Assembly: GCA_964016885.1 (NCBI GenBank)
Contig: OZ024743.1
Span: forward strand, 140,616,001-140,680,000
Source: Eledone cirrhosa
Taxonomy: Eukaryota
Reading direction: 5' to 3'
Length of the DNA: 64,000 nt
The position numbers were made by a program, and so were the translations under genes. Shown piece by piece: positions 44,378 through 58,100 of this stretch. Numbering within the stretch: position 1 is the first letter of the stretch; every line of letters begins with the position of its first letter. The notes beneath the pieces are model-generated. The model was given only the letters and a program-made list of their open reading frames with translations, had not been told where the DNA came from and did no database searches.

Positions 44378-46913
44378 CACCAAACACCAAGCACCAAGCA
44401 CCAAACAGCAAACACCAAGCACCAAACACCAAACACCAAGCACCAAGCACCAAACACCAAACACCAAACACCAAGCACCAAGCCCCAAGCACCAAACACC
44501 AAGCACCAAGCACCAAACACCAAGCACGAAGCACCAAGCACCATGCACCAAACACCAAGCACCAAGCACCAAACAGCAAACACCAAACAGCAAACACCAA
44601 ACACCAAACACCAACCAGCAAACACCAAACACCAAACACCAAACAGCAAACACCAAACAGCAAACACCAAACAGCAAACACCAAACACCAAACACCAAAC
44701 AGCAAATGCCAAAAAGCAAACGCCAAACCCCAAACGCCAAACAGCAAATGCCAAACCCCAAACGCCAAACAGCAAACGCCAAGCGCCAAACGCCAAACAC
44801 CAAGTGCCAAGCACCAAACACCAAACACCAAGCACCAAGCACCAAGCACCAAACACCAAACACCAAGCACCAAGTACCAAACACCAAACACCAAGCACCA
44901 AACACCAAACAGCAAACGCCAAAAAGCAAACGCCAAACCCCATACGCCAAACAGCAAATGCCAAACCCCAAACGCCAAACAGCAAACGCCAAGCACCAAA
45001 CACCAAACACCAAGCGCCAAGCACCAAACACCAAACACCAAGCACCAAGCACCAAACACCAAACACCAAGCACCAATCACCAAACACCAAGCACCAATCA
45101 CCAAACACCAAGCACCAAGCGCCAATCACCAAACACCAAACACCTAGCACCAAGCACCAAGCACCAAACACCAAGTACCAAACACCAATCACCAAGCCCC
45201 AAGCACCAAACACCAAGCGCCAAGCACCAAACACCAAACACCAAGCACCAAGCACCCAGAACCAAGCACCAAGCACCAAACACCAAGCACCAAGCACCGA
45301 GCACCAAACACCAAGAACCAAGCACCAAGCTCTAAACACCAAACACCAAACACCAAACACCAAACAGCAAATGCCAAAAAGCAAACGCCAAACCCCAAAC
45401 CCCAAACGCCAAACAGCAAACGCCAAGCGCCAAACGCCAAACACCAAGCGCCAAGCACCAAACACCAAACACCAAGCACCAAGCACCAAACACCAAACAC
45501 CAAGCACCAAGTACCAAACACCAAACACCAAGCACCAAACACCAAACAGCAAACGCCAAAAAGAAAACGCCAAACCCCATACGCCAAACAGCAAATGCCA
45601 AACCCCAAACGCCAAACAGCAAACGCCAAGCACCGAACACCAAACACCAAGCGCCAAGCACCAAACACCAAACACCAAGCACCAAGCACCAAACACCAAA
45701 CACCAAGCACCAATCACCAAACCCCAAGCACCAAGCGCCAAGCACCAAACACCAAACACCTAGCACCAAGCACCAATCACCAAACACCAAGTACCAAACA
45801 CCAATCACCAAGTCCCAAGCACCAAACACCAAGCACCAAGCACCAAACACCAAACACCAAGCACCAAGCACCCAGAACCAAGCACCAAGCACCAAACACC
45901 AAGCACCAAGCACCGAGCACCAAACACCAAGAACCAAGCACCAAGCACTAAACACCAAACACCAAACACCAAGCGCCAAGCACCAAACACCAAACACCAA
46001 GCACCAAGCACCAAACACCAAACACCAAGCACAAATCACCAAACACCAAACACCAAGCGCCAAACACCAAACACCAAACACCTAGCACCAAGCACCAAGC
46101 CCCAAACACCAAGCACCAAACACCAAGCACCAAGCACCAAGCACCAAGCACCAAACACCAATCACCAAGCCCCAAGCATCAAACACCAAGCACCCAGCAC
46201 CAAACACCAAACACCAAGCACCAAGCACCCAGAACAAAGCACCAAGCACCAAACACCAAACACCAAGCACCAAACCCCAAGCACCAAACACCAAGCACCA
46301 ATCACCAAACACCGAACACCAAGAACCAAGCACCAAGCACCAAACACCAAGCACCAAACACCAAGCACCAAGTACCACACACCAAACACCAAGCACCAAG
46401 CACCAAACACCAAACACCAAACACCAGGCACCAAGCACCAATCACCAAGCACCAAGCAAAAACACAAAGCACCAAGCACCAAGCACCAAACACCAAACAC
46501 CAAACACCAAGCCCAAATCACCAAAGAGCAAAAACAAAACACCAAGCACCAAAGACCAAACACCAAGCACCAAACACCAAACACCAAACACCAAACAGCA
46601 AACACCAAACACCAAATAGCAAAAACCAAAGAGCAAACTCCAAGCACCAAACAGCAAACACAAAACACCAAACAGCAAACAGCAAACAGCAAACTCCAAA
46701 CACCAAACACCAAGCACCAAGCACCAAATCCCAAGCACCAAACAGCAAACACAAAACACCAAACAGTAAACAACAAACAGCAAACAGCAAACAGCAAACA
46801 GCAAACACCAAACACCAAGCACCAAGCACCAAGCACCAAACACCAACACCAAGCACCAAGCACCAAACACCAAGCACCAAGCACCAAACACCAAACACCA
46901 AGCTCCAAGCACC

Positions 46914-46926
46914 AAAAAAAAAAAAA
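46914..46926 (+). repeat. A13 homopolymer (copy 5 of 6)
   Basis: Same flanks as the copy at 29178. Confidence 0.95.
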
Positions 46927-49137
46927 CACCAAGCACCAAACCCCAAGCACCAAACACCAAGCACAAAACACCAAGCACCAAGCACCAAACACCAAACACC
47001 AAGCACCAAGCACCAGAGACCAAGCACCAAGCACCAAGGACCAAACACCAAACACCAAACACCAGGCACAAAGCACCAAACACCAAGCACCAAGCACCAA
47101 ACACCAAAGACCAAGCACAAAGCACCAAAGAGCAAAAACAAAGCACCAAGCACCAAACACCAAACACCAAACACCAAACAGCAAACACCAAACACCAAAT
47201 AGCAAAAACCAAAGAGCAAACTCCAAGCACCAAACAGCAAACACAAAACACCAAACAGCAAACAGCAAACAGCAAACTCCAAACACCAAACACCAAGAAC
47301 CAAGCACCAAATCCCAAGCACCAAACACCAAGCACCAATCACCAAACACCAAGCACCAAGCACCAAACACCAAACACCAAGCACCAAGTACCAAACACCA
47401 AACACCAAGCACCAAACACTAAACAGCAAACGCAAAAAAGCAAATGCCAAACCCCAAACGCCAAACAGCAAACGCCCAGCACCAAACACCAAACACCAAG
47501 CGCCAAGCACCAAACACCAAACACCAAGCACCAAGCACCAAACACCAAACACCAAGCACAAATCACCAAACACCAAACACCAAGCGCCAAACACCAAACA
47601 CCAAACACCTAGCACCAAGCACCAAGCACCAAACACCAAGCACCAAACACCAAGCACCAAGCACCAAGCACCAAGCACCAAGCACCAAACACCAATCACC
47701 AAGCCCCAAGCATCAAACACCAAGCACCCAGCACCAAACACCAGACACCAAGCACCAAGCACCCAGAACAAAGCACCAAGCACCAAACACCAAACACCAA
47801 GCTCCAAGCACCAAACACCAAACACCAAGCACCAAGCACCAAGCACCAAACACCAAACACCAAGCACCAAGCACCAAACACCAAACACCAAGCACCAATC
47901 ACCAAACACCAAGCCCCAAGCGCCAAACACCAAACACCAAACACCTAGCACCAAGCACCAAGCACCGAACACCAAGCACCAAACACCAAGCACCAAGCAC
48001 CAAGCACCAAGCACCAAGCACCAAACACCAATCACCAAGCCCCAAGCACCAAACACCAAGCACCAAGCACCAAACACCAAACACCAAGCACCAAGCACCC
48101 AGAACCAAACAGCAAACACCAAACACCAAACACCAAACACCAAACAGCAAACACCAAACAGCAAACACCAAACAGCAAACAGCAAACAAACACCAAGCAC
48201 CAAACACCAAGCACCAAGCACCAAACAACAACACCAAGCACCAAGCACCAAACACCAAGCGCCAAGCACCAAACACCAAACACCAAGCTCCAAGCACCAA
48301 ACACCATACACCAAGCACCAAGCACCAAACACCAATCACCAAGCACCAAGCACCAAACCCCAAGCACCAAACACCAAGCACCAATCACCAAACACCAAAC
48401 ACCCAGCACCAAGCACCAAACACCAAGCACCAAGCACCAAGCACCAAACCCCAAGCACCAAGTACCAAACACCAAACACCAAGCACCAAGTACCAAACAC
48501 CAAACACCAAGCACCAAGCAGCAAACACCAAACACCAAGCACCAAGCACCAAACACCAAACACCAGGCTCCAAGCACAAAACACCAAGCACCAAGCACCA
48601 AGCAACAAACACCAAACACCAAGCACCAAACACCAAGCACCAAGCCCCAAGCACCAAACACCAAGCACCAAGCACCAAACACCAAGCACCAAGCACCAAG
48701 CACCATGCACCAAACACCAAGCACCAAGCACCAAACAGCAAACACCAAACAGCAAACACCAAACAGCAAACACCAAACAGCAAACACCAAACACCAAGCA
48801 CCAAGCACCAAGGACCAAACACCAAACACCAAACACCAGGCACAAAGCACCAAACACCAAGCACCAAGCACCAAACACCAAAGACCAAGCACAAAGCACC
48901 AAAGAGCAAAAACAAAGCACCAAGCACCAAACACCAAACACCAAACACCAAACAGCAAACACCAAACACCAAACAGCAAACAACAAACAGCAAACAGCAA
49001 ACAGCAAACAGCAAACAGCAAAAACCAAACACCAAGCACCAAGCACCAAGCACCAAACACCAACACCAAGCACCAAGCACCAAACACCAAGCACCAAGCA
49101 CCAAACACCAAACACCAAACACCAAGCTCCAAGCACC

Positions 49138-49150
49138 AAAAAAAAAAAAA
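49138..49150 (+). repeat. A13 homopolymer (copy 6 of 6)
   Basis: Same flanks as the copy at 29178. Confidence 0.95.
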
Positions 49151-52100
49151 CACCAAGCACCAAACCCCAAGCACCAAACACCAAGCACAAAACACCAAGC
49201 ACCAAGCACCAAACACCAAACATCAAACAGCAATCACCAAACATCAAACAGCAAACACCAAACACCAAACACCAAACATCAAACACCAAACAGCAAACAA
49301 CAAACAACAAACGCCAAACATCAAACGCCAAACACCAAACGCCAAATAGCAAACACCAAACCGCAAACACCAAACACCAAACAGCAAACACCAAACACCA
49401 AACTGCGAACTCCAAACAGCAAACACCAAACAGCAAACAGCAAACAGCAAACACCAAACACCAAACACCAAGCACCAAACTCCAAACACCAAGCACCAAG
49501 CACCAAGCACAAAACACCAAGCACCAAGCGCTAAACATAAAACACTAAGCACCAAGCACCAAGCACCAAGCACCAAACACCAAACATCAAACACCAATCA
49601 CCAAACATCAAACAGCAAACACCAAACACCAAACACCAAACATCAAACACCAAATAGCAAACAACAAACAACAAACGCCAAACATCAAACGCCAAACACA
49701 AACACCAAATAGCAAACACCAAACCGCAAACACCAAACACCAAACAGCAAACACCAAACACCAAACAGCGAACACCAAACAGCAAACACCAAACAGCAAA
49801 CACCAAACACCAAGCACCAAACACCAAACACCAAGCACGAAGCACCAAGCACAAAACACCAAGCACCAAGCACCAAACACCAAGCACCAAACACCAAACA
49901 CCAAGCACCAAGCGCCAAACACCAAGCACCAAGCACCAAGCACGAAACACCAAGCACCAATCACCAAACACCAAACACCAAGCACCAAACACCAAACAGC
50001 AAACACCAATCACCAAACACCAAACACCAAACACCAAACACCAATCACCAAACACCAAACACCAAACACCAAACAGTAAACACCAAACACCAAACAGCAA
50101 ACACCAAACACCAAACACCAAACAGCAAACACCAAACACCAAACACCAAACAGCAAACACCAAACAAACAGCAAACAGCAAACACCAAGCAGCAAACACC
50201 AAACAGCAAACACCAAACACCAAACACCAAATAGCAAACACCAAACAGCAAACACCAAACAGCAAACACCAAACAGCAAACACCAGACAGCAAACAGCAA
50301 ACACCAAACACCAAACACCAAGCACCAAGCACCAAACACCAAGCACCAAGCAACAAGCACCAATCACCAAGCACCAAGCACTAAACACCAAACACCAAGC
50401 ACCAAGCACCAAGCACCAAACAGCAAGCACCAAGCACCATGCACCAAACGCCAAGCACCAAGCACCAAACACCAAGCACCAAGCACCAAGCACCAAACAC
50501 CAAGCACCAAAGACCAAGCACCAAATACCAAGCACCAAGCACCAAACACCAATCACCAAGCACCAAGCACCAAACACCAAGAACCAAGCACCAATCACTA
50601 AACACCAAACACCAAGCACCAAGCACCAAACACCAAACACCAAGCACCAAGTACCAAACACCAAACACCAAACACCAAGCACCAAGCACCAAATCCCAAG
50701 CACCAAACACCAAGCACCAAGCACCAAACACCAAACACCAAGCACGAAGCACCAAGCATCAAATACCAAACACCAAACACCAAGCACCACACATCAAACA
50801 CCAAGCACGAAGCACCAATCGCCAAGCACCAAGCACCAAGCAATAAACACAAAGCACCAAGCACCAAGCACCAAGCACCAAGCACCAAGCACCAAACACC
50901 AAGCACCAAGCACCCAACACCAAACACCAATCACCAAGCACCAAAGAGCAAACACGAAGCCCCAAGCACCAAACACCCAACACCAAACACCAAACATCAA
51001 ACACCAATCACGAATCACAAAACACCAAACACCAAACATCAAACACCAATCACGAATCACCAAGCACCAAACACCAAACACCAAGCACCAAGCACCAAGC
51101 ACCAAACACCAAACACCAAGCACCAAGCACTAAACACCAAACACCAAGCACCAAACACCAAGCACCAAGCACCAAGCACCAAGCACCAAGCACCAAACAC
51201 CAAGCACCAAGCACCAAACAGCAAACACCAAGCACCAAACACCAAACACCAAGCACCAAGCACCAAACACCAAACACCAAACACCAAGCACCAAGCCCCA
51301 AGCACCAAACACCAAGCACCAAGCACCAAACACCAAGCACGGAGCACCAAGCACCATGCACCAAACACCAAGCACCAAGCACCAAACAGCAAACACCAAA
51401 CAGCAAACACCAAACACCAAACACCAACAAGCAAACACCAAACAGCAAACACCAAACACCAAACACCAAACAGCAAATGCCAAAAAGCAAACGCCAAACC
51501 CCAAACGCCAAACAGCAAATGCCAAACCCCAAACGCCAAACAGCAAACGCCAAGCGCCAAACGCCAAACACCAAGTGCCAAGCACCAAACACCAAACACC
51601 AAGCACCAAGCACCAAGCACCAAACACCAAACACCAAGCACCAAGTACCAAACACCAAACACCAAGCACCAAACACCAAACAGCAAACGCCAAAAAGCAA
51701 ACGCCAAACCCCATACGCCAAACAGCAAATGCCAAACCCCAAACGCCAAACAGCAAACGCCAAGCACCAAACACCAAACACCAAGCGCCAAGCACCAAAC
51801 ACCAAACACCAAGCACCAAGCACCAAACACCAAACACCAAGCACCAATCACCAAACACCAAGCACCAAGCGCCAAGCACCAAACACCAAACACCTAGCAC
51901 CAAGCACCAAGCACCAAACACCAAGTACCAAACACCAATCACCAAGCCCCAAGCACCAAACACCAAGCGCCAAGCACCAAACACCAAACACCAAGCACCA
52001 AGCACCCAGAACCAAGCACCAAGCACCAAACACCAAGCACCAAGCACCGAGCACCAAACACCAAGAACCAAGCACCAAGCTCTAAACACCAAACACCAAG

Positions 52101-55100
52101 CACCAAGCACCAAACACCAAACAGCAAACACCAAACACCAAACACCAAACAGCAAATGCCAAAAAGCAAACGCCAAACCCCAAACCCCAAACGCCAAACA
52201 CCAAGCGCCAAGCACCAAACACCAAACACCAAGCACCAAGCACCAAACACCAAACACCAAGCACCAAGTACCAAACACCAAACACCAAGCACCAAACACC
52301 AAACAGCAAACGCCAAAAAGCAAACGCCAAACCCCATACGCCAAACAGCAAATGCCAAACCCCAAACGCCAAACAGCAAACGCCAAGCACCGAACACCAA
52401 ACACCAAGCGCCAAGCACCAAACACCAAACACCAAGCACCAAGCACCAAACACCAAACACCAAGCACCAATCACCAAACACCAAGCACCAAGCGCCAAGC
52501 ACCAAACACCAAACACCTAGCACCAAGCACCAAGCACCAAACACCAAGCACCAAACACCAAGCACCAAGCACCAAGCACCAAGCACCAAGCACCAAACAC
52601 CAATCACCAAGCCCCAAGCATCAAACACCAAGCACCCAGCACCAAACACCAAACACCAAGCACCAAGCACCCAGAACAAAGCACCAAGAACCAAACACCA
52701 AACAGCAAGCTCCAAGCACCAAACACCAAACACCAAGCACCAAGCACCAATCACCAAACACCAAACACCAAGCACCAAGCACCAAACACCAAACACCAAG
52801 CACCAATCACCAAACACCAAGCCCCAAGCGCCAAACACCAAACACCAAACACCTAGCACCAAGCACCAAGCACCGAACACCAAGCACCAAACACCAAGCA
52901 CCAAGCACCAAGCACCAAGCACCAAGCACCAAACACCAATCACCAAGCCCCAAGCACCAAACACCAAGCACCAAGCACCAAACACCAAACACCAAGCACC
53001 AAGCACCCAGAACCAAACAGCAAACACCAAACACCAAACAGCAAACACCAAACAGCAAACACCAAACAGCAAACAGCAAACAAGCACCAAGCACCAAACA
53101 ACAACACCAAGCACCAAGCACCAAACACCAAGCGCCAAGCACCAAACACCAAACACCAAGCTCCAAGCACCAAACACCATACACCAAGCACCAAGCACCA
53201 AACACCAATCACCAAGCACCAAGCACCAAACCCCAAGCACCAAACACCAAGCACCAATCACCAAACACCAAACACCCAGCACCAAGCACCAAACACCAAG
53301 CACCAAGCACCAAGCACCAAACACCAAGCACCAAGTACCAAACACCAAACACCAAGCACCAAGTACCAAACACCAAACACCAAGCACCAAGCACCAAACA
53401 CCAAACACCAAGCACCAAGCACCAAACACCAAACACCAGGCTCCAAGCACAAAACACCAAGCACCAAGCACCAAGCAACAAACACCAAACACCAAGCACC
53501 AAACACCAAGCACCAAGCCCCAAGCACCAAACACCAAGCACCAAGCACCAAACACCAAGCACCAAGCACCAAGCACCATGCACGAAACACCAAGCACCAA
53601 GCACCAAACAGCAAACACCAAACAGCAAACACCAAACAGCAAACACCAAACAGCAAACACCAAACACCAAGCACCAAGCACCAAACACCATACGCCAAAC
53701 ACCAAACACCAAGCACCAAGCACCAAACACCAAGCACCAAGCACCAAAGACCAAACACCAAGCACCAAGCACGAAACACCAAGCACCAAGCACCGAGCAC
53801 CAAACACCAAACACCAAACACCAAGCACCAAGCACCAAACACCAAACACCAAGAACCAAGCACCAAACACCAAATACCAAGCACCAAGCACTAAACACCA
53901 AACACCAAGCACCAAACACCAAGCACCAAGCACCAAGCACCAAGCACCAAACATAAAACACCAAGTACCAAGCACCAAGCACCAAACACCAAACACCAAA
54001 CACCAAGCACCAAGCACCAAACACCAAACACCAAGCACCAAGCACCAGAGACCAAGCACCAAGCACCAAGGACCAAACACCAAACACCAAACACCAGGCA
54101 CAAAGCACCAAACACCAAGCACCAAGCACCAAACACCAAAGACCAAGCACAAAGCACCAAAGAGCAAAAACAAAGCACCAAGCACCAAACACCAAACACC
54201 AAACACCAAACAGCAAACACCAAACACCAAATAGCAAACACCAAAGGGCAAACTCCAAACACCAAACAGCAAACACAAAACACCAAACAGCAAACAACAA
54301 ACAGCAAACAGCAAACAGCAAACAGCAAACACCAAACACCAAGCACCAAGCACCAAGCACCAAACACCAACACCAAGCACCAAGCACCAAACACCAAGCA
54401 CCAAGCACCAAACACCAAACACCAAGCTCCAAGCACCAAAAACACAAAACACCAAATAGCAACCCCCAAGCACCAAACACCAAGCACAAAACACCAAGCA
54501 CCAAGCACCAAACACCAAACATCAAACAGCAATCACCAAACATCAAACAGCAAACACCAAACACCAAACACCAAACATCAAACACCAAACAGCAAACAAC
54601 AAACAACAAACGCCAAACATCAAACGCCAAACACCAAACGCCAAATAGCAAACACCAAACCGCAAACACCAAACACCAAACAGCAAACACCAAACACCAA
54701 ACAGCGAACTCCAAACAGCAAACACCAAACAGCAAACAGCAAACAGCAAACACCAAACACCAAACACCAAGCACCAAACTCCAAACACCAAGCACCAAGC
54801 ACCAAGCACAAAACACCAAGCACCAAGCGCTAAACATAAAACACTAAGCACCAAGCACCAAGCACCAAGCACCAAACACCAAACATCAAACACCAATCAC
54901 CAAACATCAAACAGCAAACACCAAACACCAAACACCAAACATCAAACACCAAATAGCAAACAACAAACAACAAACGCCAAGCATCAAACGCCAAACACAA
55001 ACACCAAATAGCAAACACCAAACCGCAAACACCAAACACCAAACAGCAAACACCAAACACCAAACAGCGAACACCAAACAGCAAACACCAAACAGCAAAC

Positions 55101-58100
55101 ACCAAACACCAAGCACCAAACACCAAACACCAAGCACGAAGCACCAAGCACAAAACACCAAGCACCAAGCACCAAACACCAAGCACCAAACACCAAACAC
55201 CAAGCACCAAGCGCCAAACACCAAGCACCAAGCACCAAGCACGAAACACCAAGCACCAATCACCAAACACCAAACACCAAGCACCAAACACCAAACAGCA
55301 AACACCAATCACCAAACACCAAACACCAAACAGCAAACACCAATCACCAAACACCAAACACCAAACACCAAACAGTAAACACCAAACACCAAACAGCAAA
55401 CACCAAACACCAAACACCAAACAGCAAACACCAAACACCAAACACCAAACAGCAAACACCAAACAAACAGCAAACAGCAAACACCAAGCAGCAAACACCA
55501 AACAGCAAACACCAAACACCAAACACCAAATAGCAAACACCAAACAGCAAACACCAAACAGCAAACACCAAACAGCAAACACCAGACAGCAAACAGCAAA
55601 CACCAAACACCAAACACCAAGCACCAAGCACCAAACACCAAGCACCAAGCAACAAGCACCAATCACCAAGCACCAAGCACTAAACACCAAACACCAAGCA
55701 CCAAGCACCAAGCACCAAACAGCAAGCACCAAGCACCATGCACCAAACGCCAAGCACCAAGCACCAAACACCAAGCACCAAGCACCAAGCACCAAACACC
55801 AAGCACCAAAGACCAAGCACCAAATACCAAGCACCAAGCACCAAACACCAATCACCAAGCACCAAGCACCAAACACCAAGAACCAAGCACCAATCACTAA
55901 ACACCAAACACCAAGCACCAAGCACCAAACACCAAACAACAAGCACCAAGTACCAAACACCAAACACCAAACACCAAGCACCAAGCACCAAATCCCAAGC
56001 ACCAAACACCAAGCACCAAGCACCAAACACCAAACACCAAGCACGAAGCACCAAGCATCAAATACCAAACACCAAACACCAAGCACCACACATCAAACAC
56101 CAAGCACGAAGCACCAATCGCCAAGCACCAAGCACCAAGCAATAAACACAAAGCACCAAGCACCAAGCACCAAGCACCAAGCACCAAGCACCAAACACCA
56201 AGCACCAAGCACCCAACACCAAACACCAATCACCAAGCACCAAAGAGCAAACACGAAGCCCCAAGCACCAAACACCCAACACCAAACACCAAACATCAAA
56301 CACCAATCACGAATCACAAAACACCAAACACCAAACATCAAACACCAATCACGAATCACCAAGCACCAAACACCAAACACCAAGCACCAAGCACCAAGCA
56401 CCAAGCACCAAACACCAAGCACCAAGCACCAAGCACCAAACACCAAGCACCAAGCACCAAACACCAAGCACCAAACAGCAAGCACCAAGCACCAAGCACC
56501 AGACACCAAGCACCAAGCACCAAACACCAAACACCAAGCACCAAGCTCTAAACACCAAACACCAAGCACCAAGCACCAAGCACCAAGCACCAAGCACCAA
56601 ACACCAAGCACCAAGCACCAAGCACCAAGCACCAAGCACCAAACACCAAGCACCAAACAGCAAACACCAAGCACCAAACACCAAACACCAAACACCAAGC
56701 ACCAAGCCCCAAGCACCAAACACCAAGCACCAAGCACCAAACACCAAGCACGAAGCACCAAGCACCATGCACCAAACACCAAGCACCAAGCACCAAACAG
56801 CAAACACCAAACAGCAAACACCAAACACCAAACACCAACCAGCAAACACCAAACACCAAACACCAAACACCAAACACCAAACAGCAAACACCAAACAGCA
56901 AACACCAAACACCAAACACCAAACAGCAAATGCCAAAAAGCAAACGCCAAACCCCAAACGCCAAACAGCAAATGCCAAACCCCAAACGCCAAACAGCAAA
57001 CGCCAAGCGCCAAACGCCAAACACCAAGTGTCAAGCACCAAACACCAAACACCAAGCACCAAGCACCAAGCACCAAACACCAAACACCAAGCACCAAGTA
57101 CCAAACACCAAACACCAAGCACCAAACACCAAACAGCAAACGCCAAAAAGCAAACGCCAAACCCCATACGCCAAACACCAAGCGCCAAGCACCAAACACC
57201 AAACACCAAGCACCAAGCACCAAACACCAAACACCAAGCACCAATCACCAAACACCAAGCACCAAGCGCCAAGCACCAAACACCAAACACCTAGCACCAA
57301 GCACCAAGCACCAAACACCAAGTACCAAACACCAATCACCAAGCCCCAAGCACCAAACACCAAGCGCCAAGCACCAAACACCAAACACCAAGCACCAAGC
57401 ACCCAGAACCAAGCACCAAGCACCAAACACCAAGCACCAAGCACCGAGCACCAAACACCAAGAACCAAGCACCAAGCTCTAAACACCAAACACCAAACAC
57501 CAAGCACCAAACACCAAACACCAAACACCAAACACCAAACAGCAAATGCCAAAAAGCAAACGCCAAACCCCAAACGCCAAACAGTAAATGCCAAACCCCA
57601 AACGCCAAACAGCAAACGCCAAGCGCCAAACGCCAAACACCAAGCGCCAAGCACCAAACACCAAACACCAAGCACCAAGCACCAAACACCAAACACCAAG
57701 CACCAAGTACCAAACACCAAACACCAAGCACCAAACACCAAACAGCAAACGCCAAAAAGCAAACGCCAAACCCCATACGCCAAACAGCAAATGCCAAACC
57801 CCAAACGCCAAACAGCAAACGCCAAGCACCGAACACCTAACACCAAGCGCCAAGCACCAAACACCAAACACCAAGCACCAAGCACCAAACACCAAACACC
57901 AAGCACCAATCACCAAACACCAAGCACCAAGCGCCAAGCACCAAACACCAAACACCTAGCACCAAGCACCAAGCACCAAACACCAAGTACCAAACACCAA
58001 TCACCAAGCCCCAAGCACCAAACACCAAGCACCAAGCACCAAACACCAAACACCAAGCACCAAGCACCCAGAACCAAGCACCAAGCACCAAACACCAAGC

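Larger units (their letters stand above)
32797..44713 (+). repeat. Tandem HOR triplet, about 3,949 + 3,998 + 3,970 bp
   Basis: A13 tracts at 34154/38159/42157 and CGCTAAA-TATAAAA at 34538/38543/42541. Junction TGCCAAA at 36739/40737/44707. ORF triplets 33023/36972/40970 and 34260/38265/42263. Confidence 0.95.

Noticed and set aside
29178-49150. A13 tracts as SINE/LINE tails or intrinsic terminators
   Set aside because: There is no element body upstream and no adjacent GC-rich hairpin. The flanks are pure satellite.
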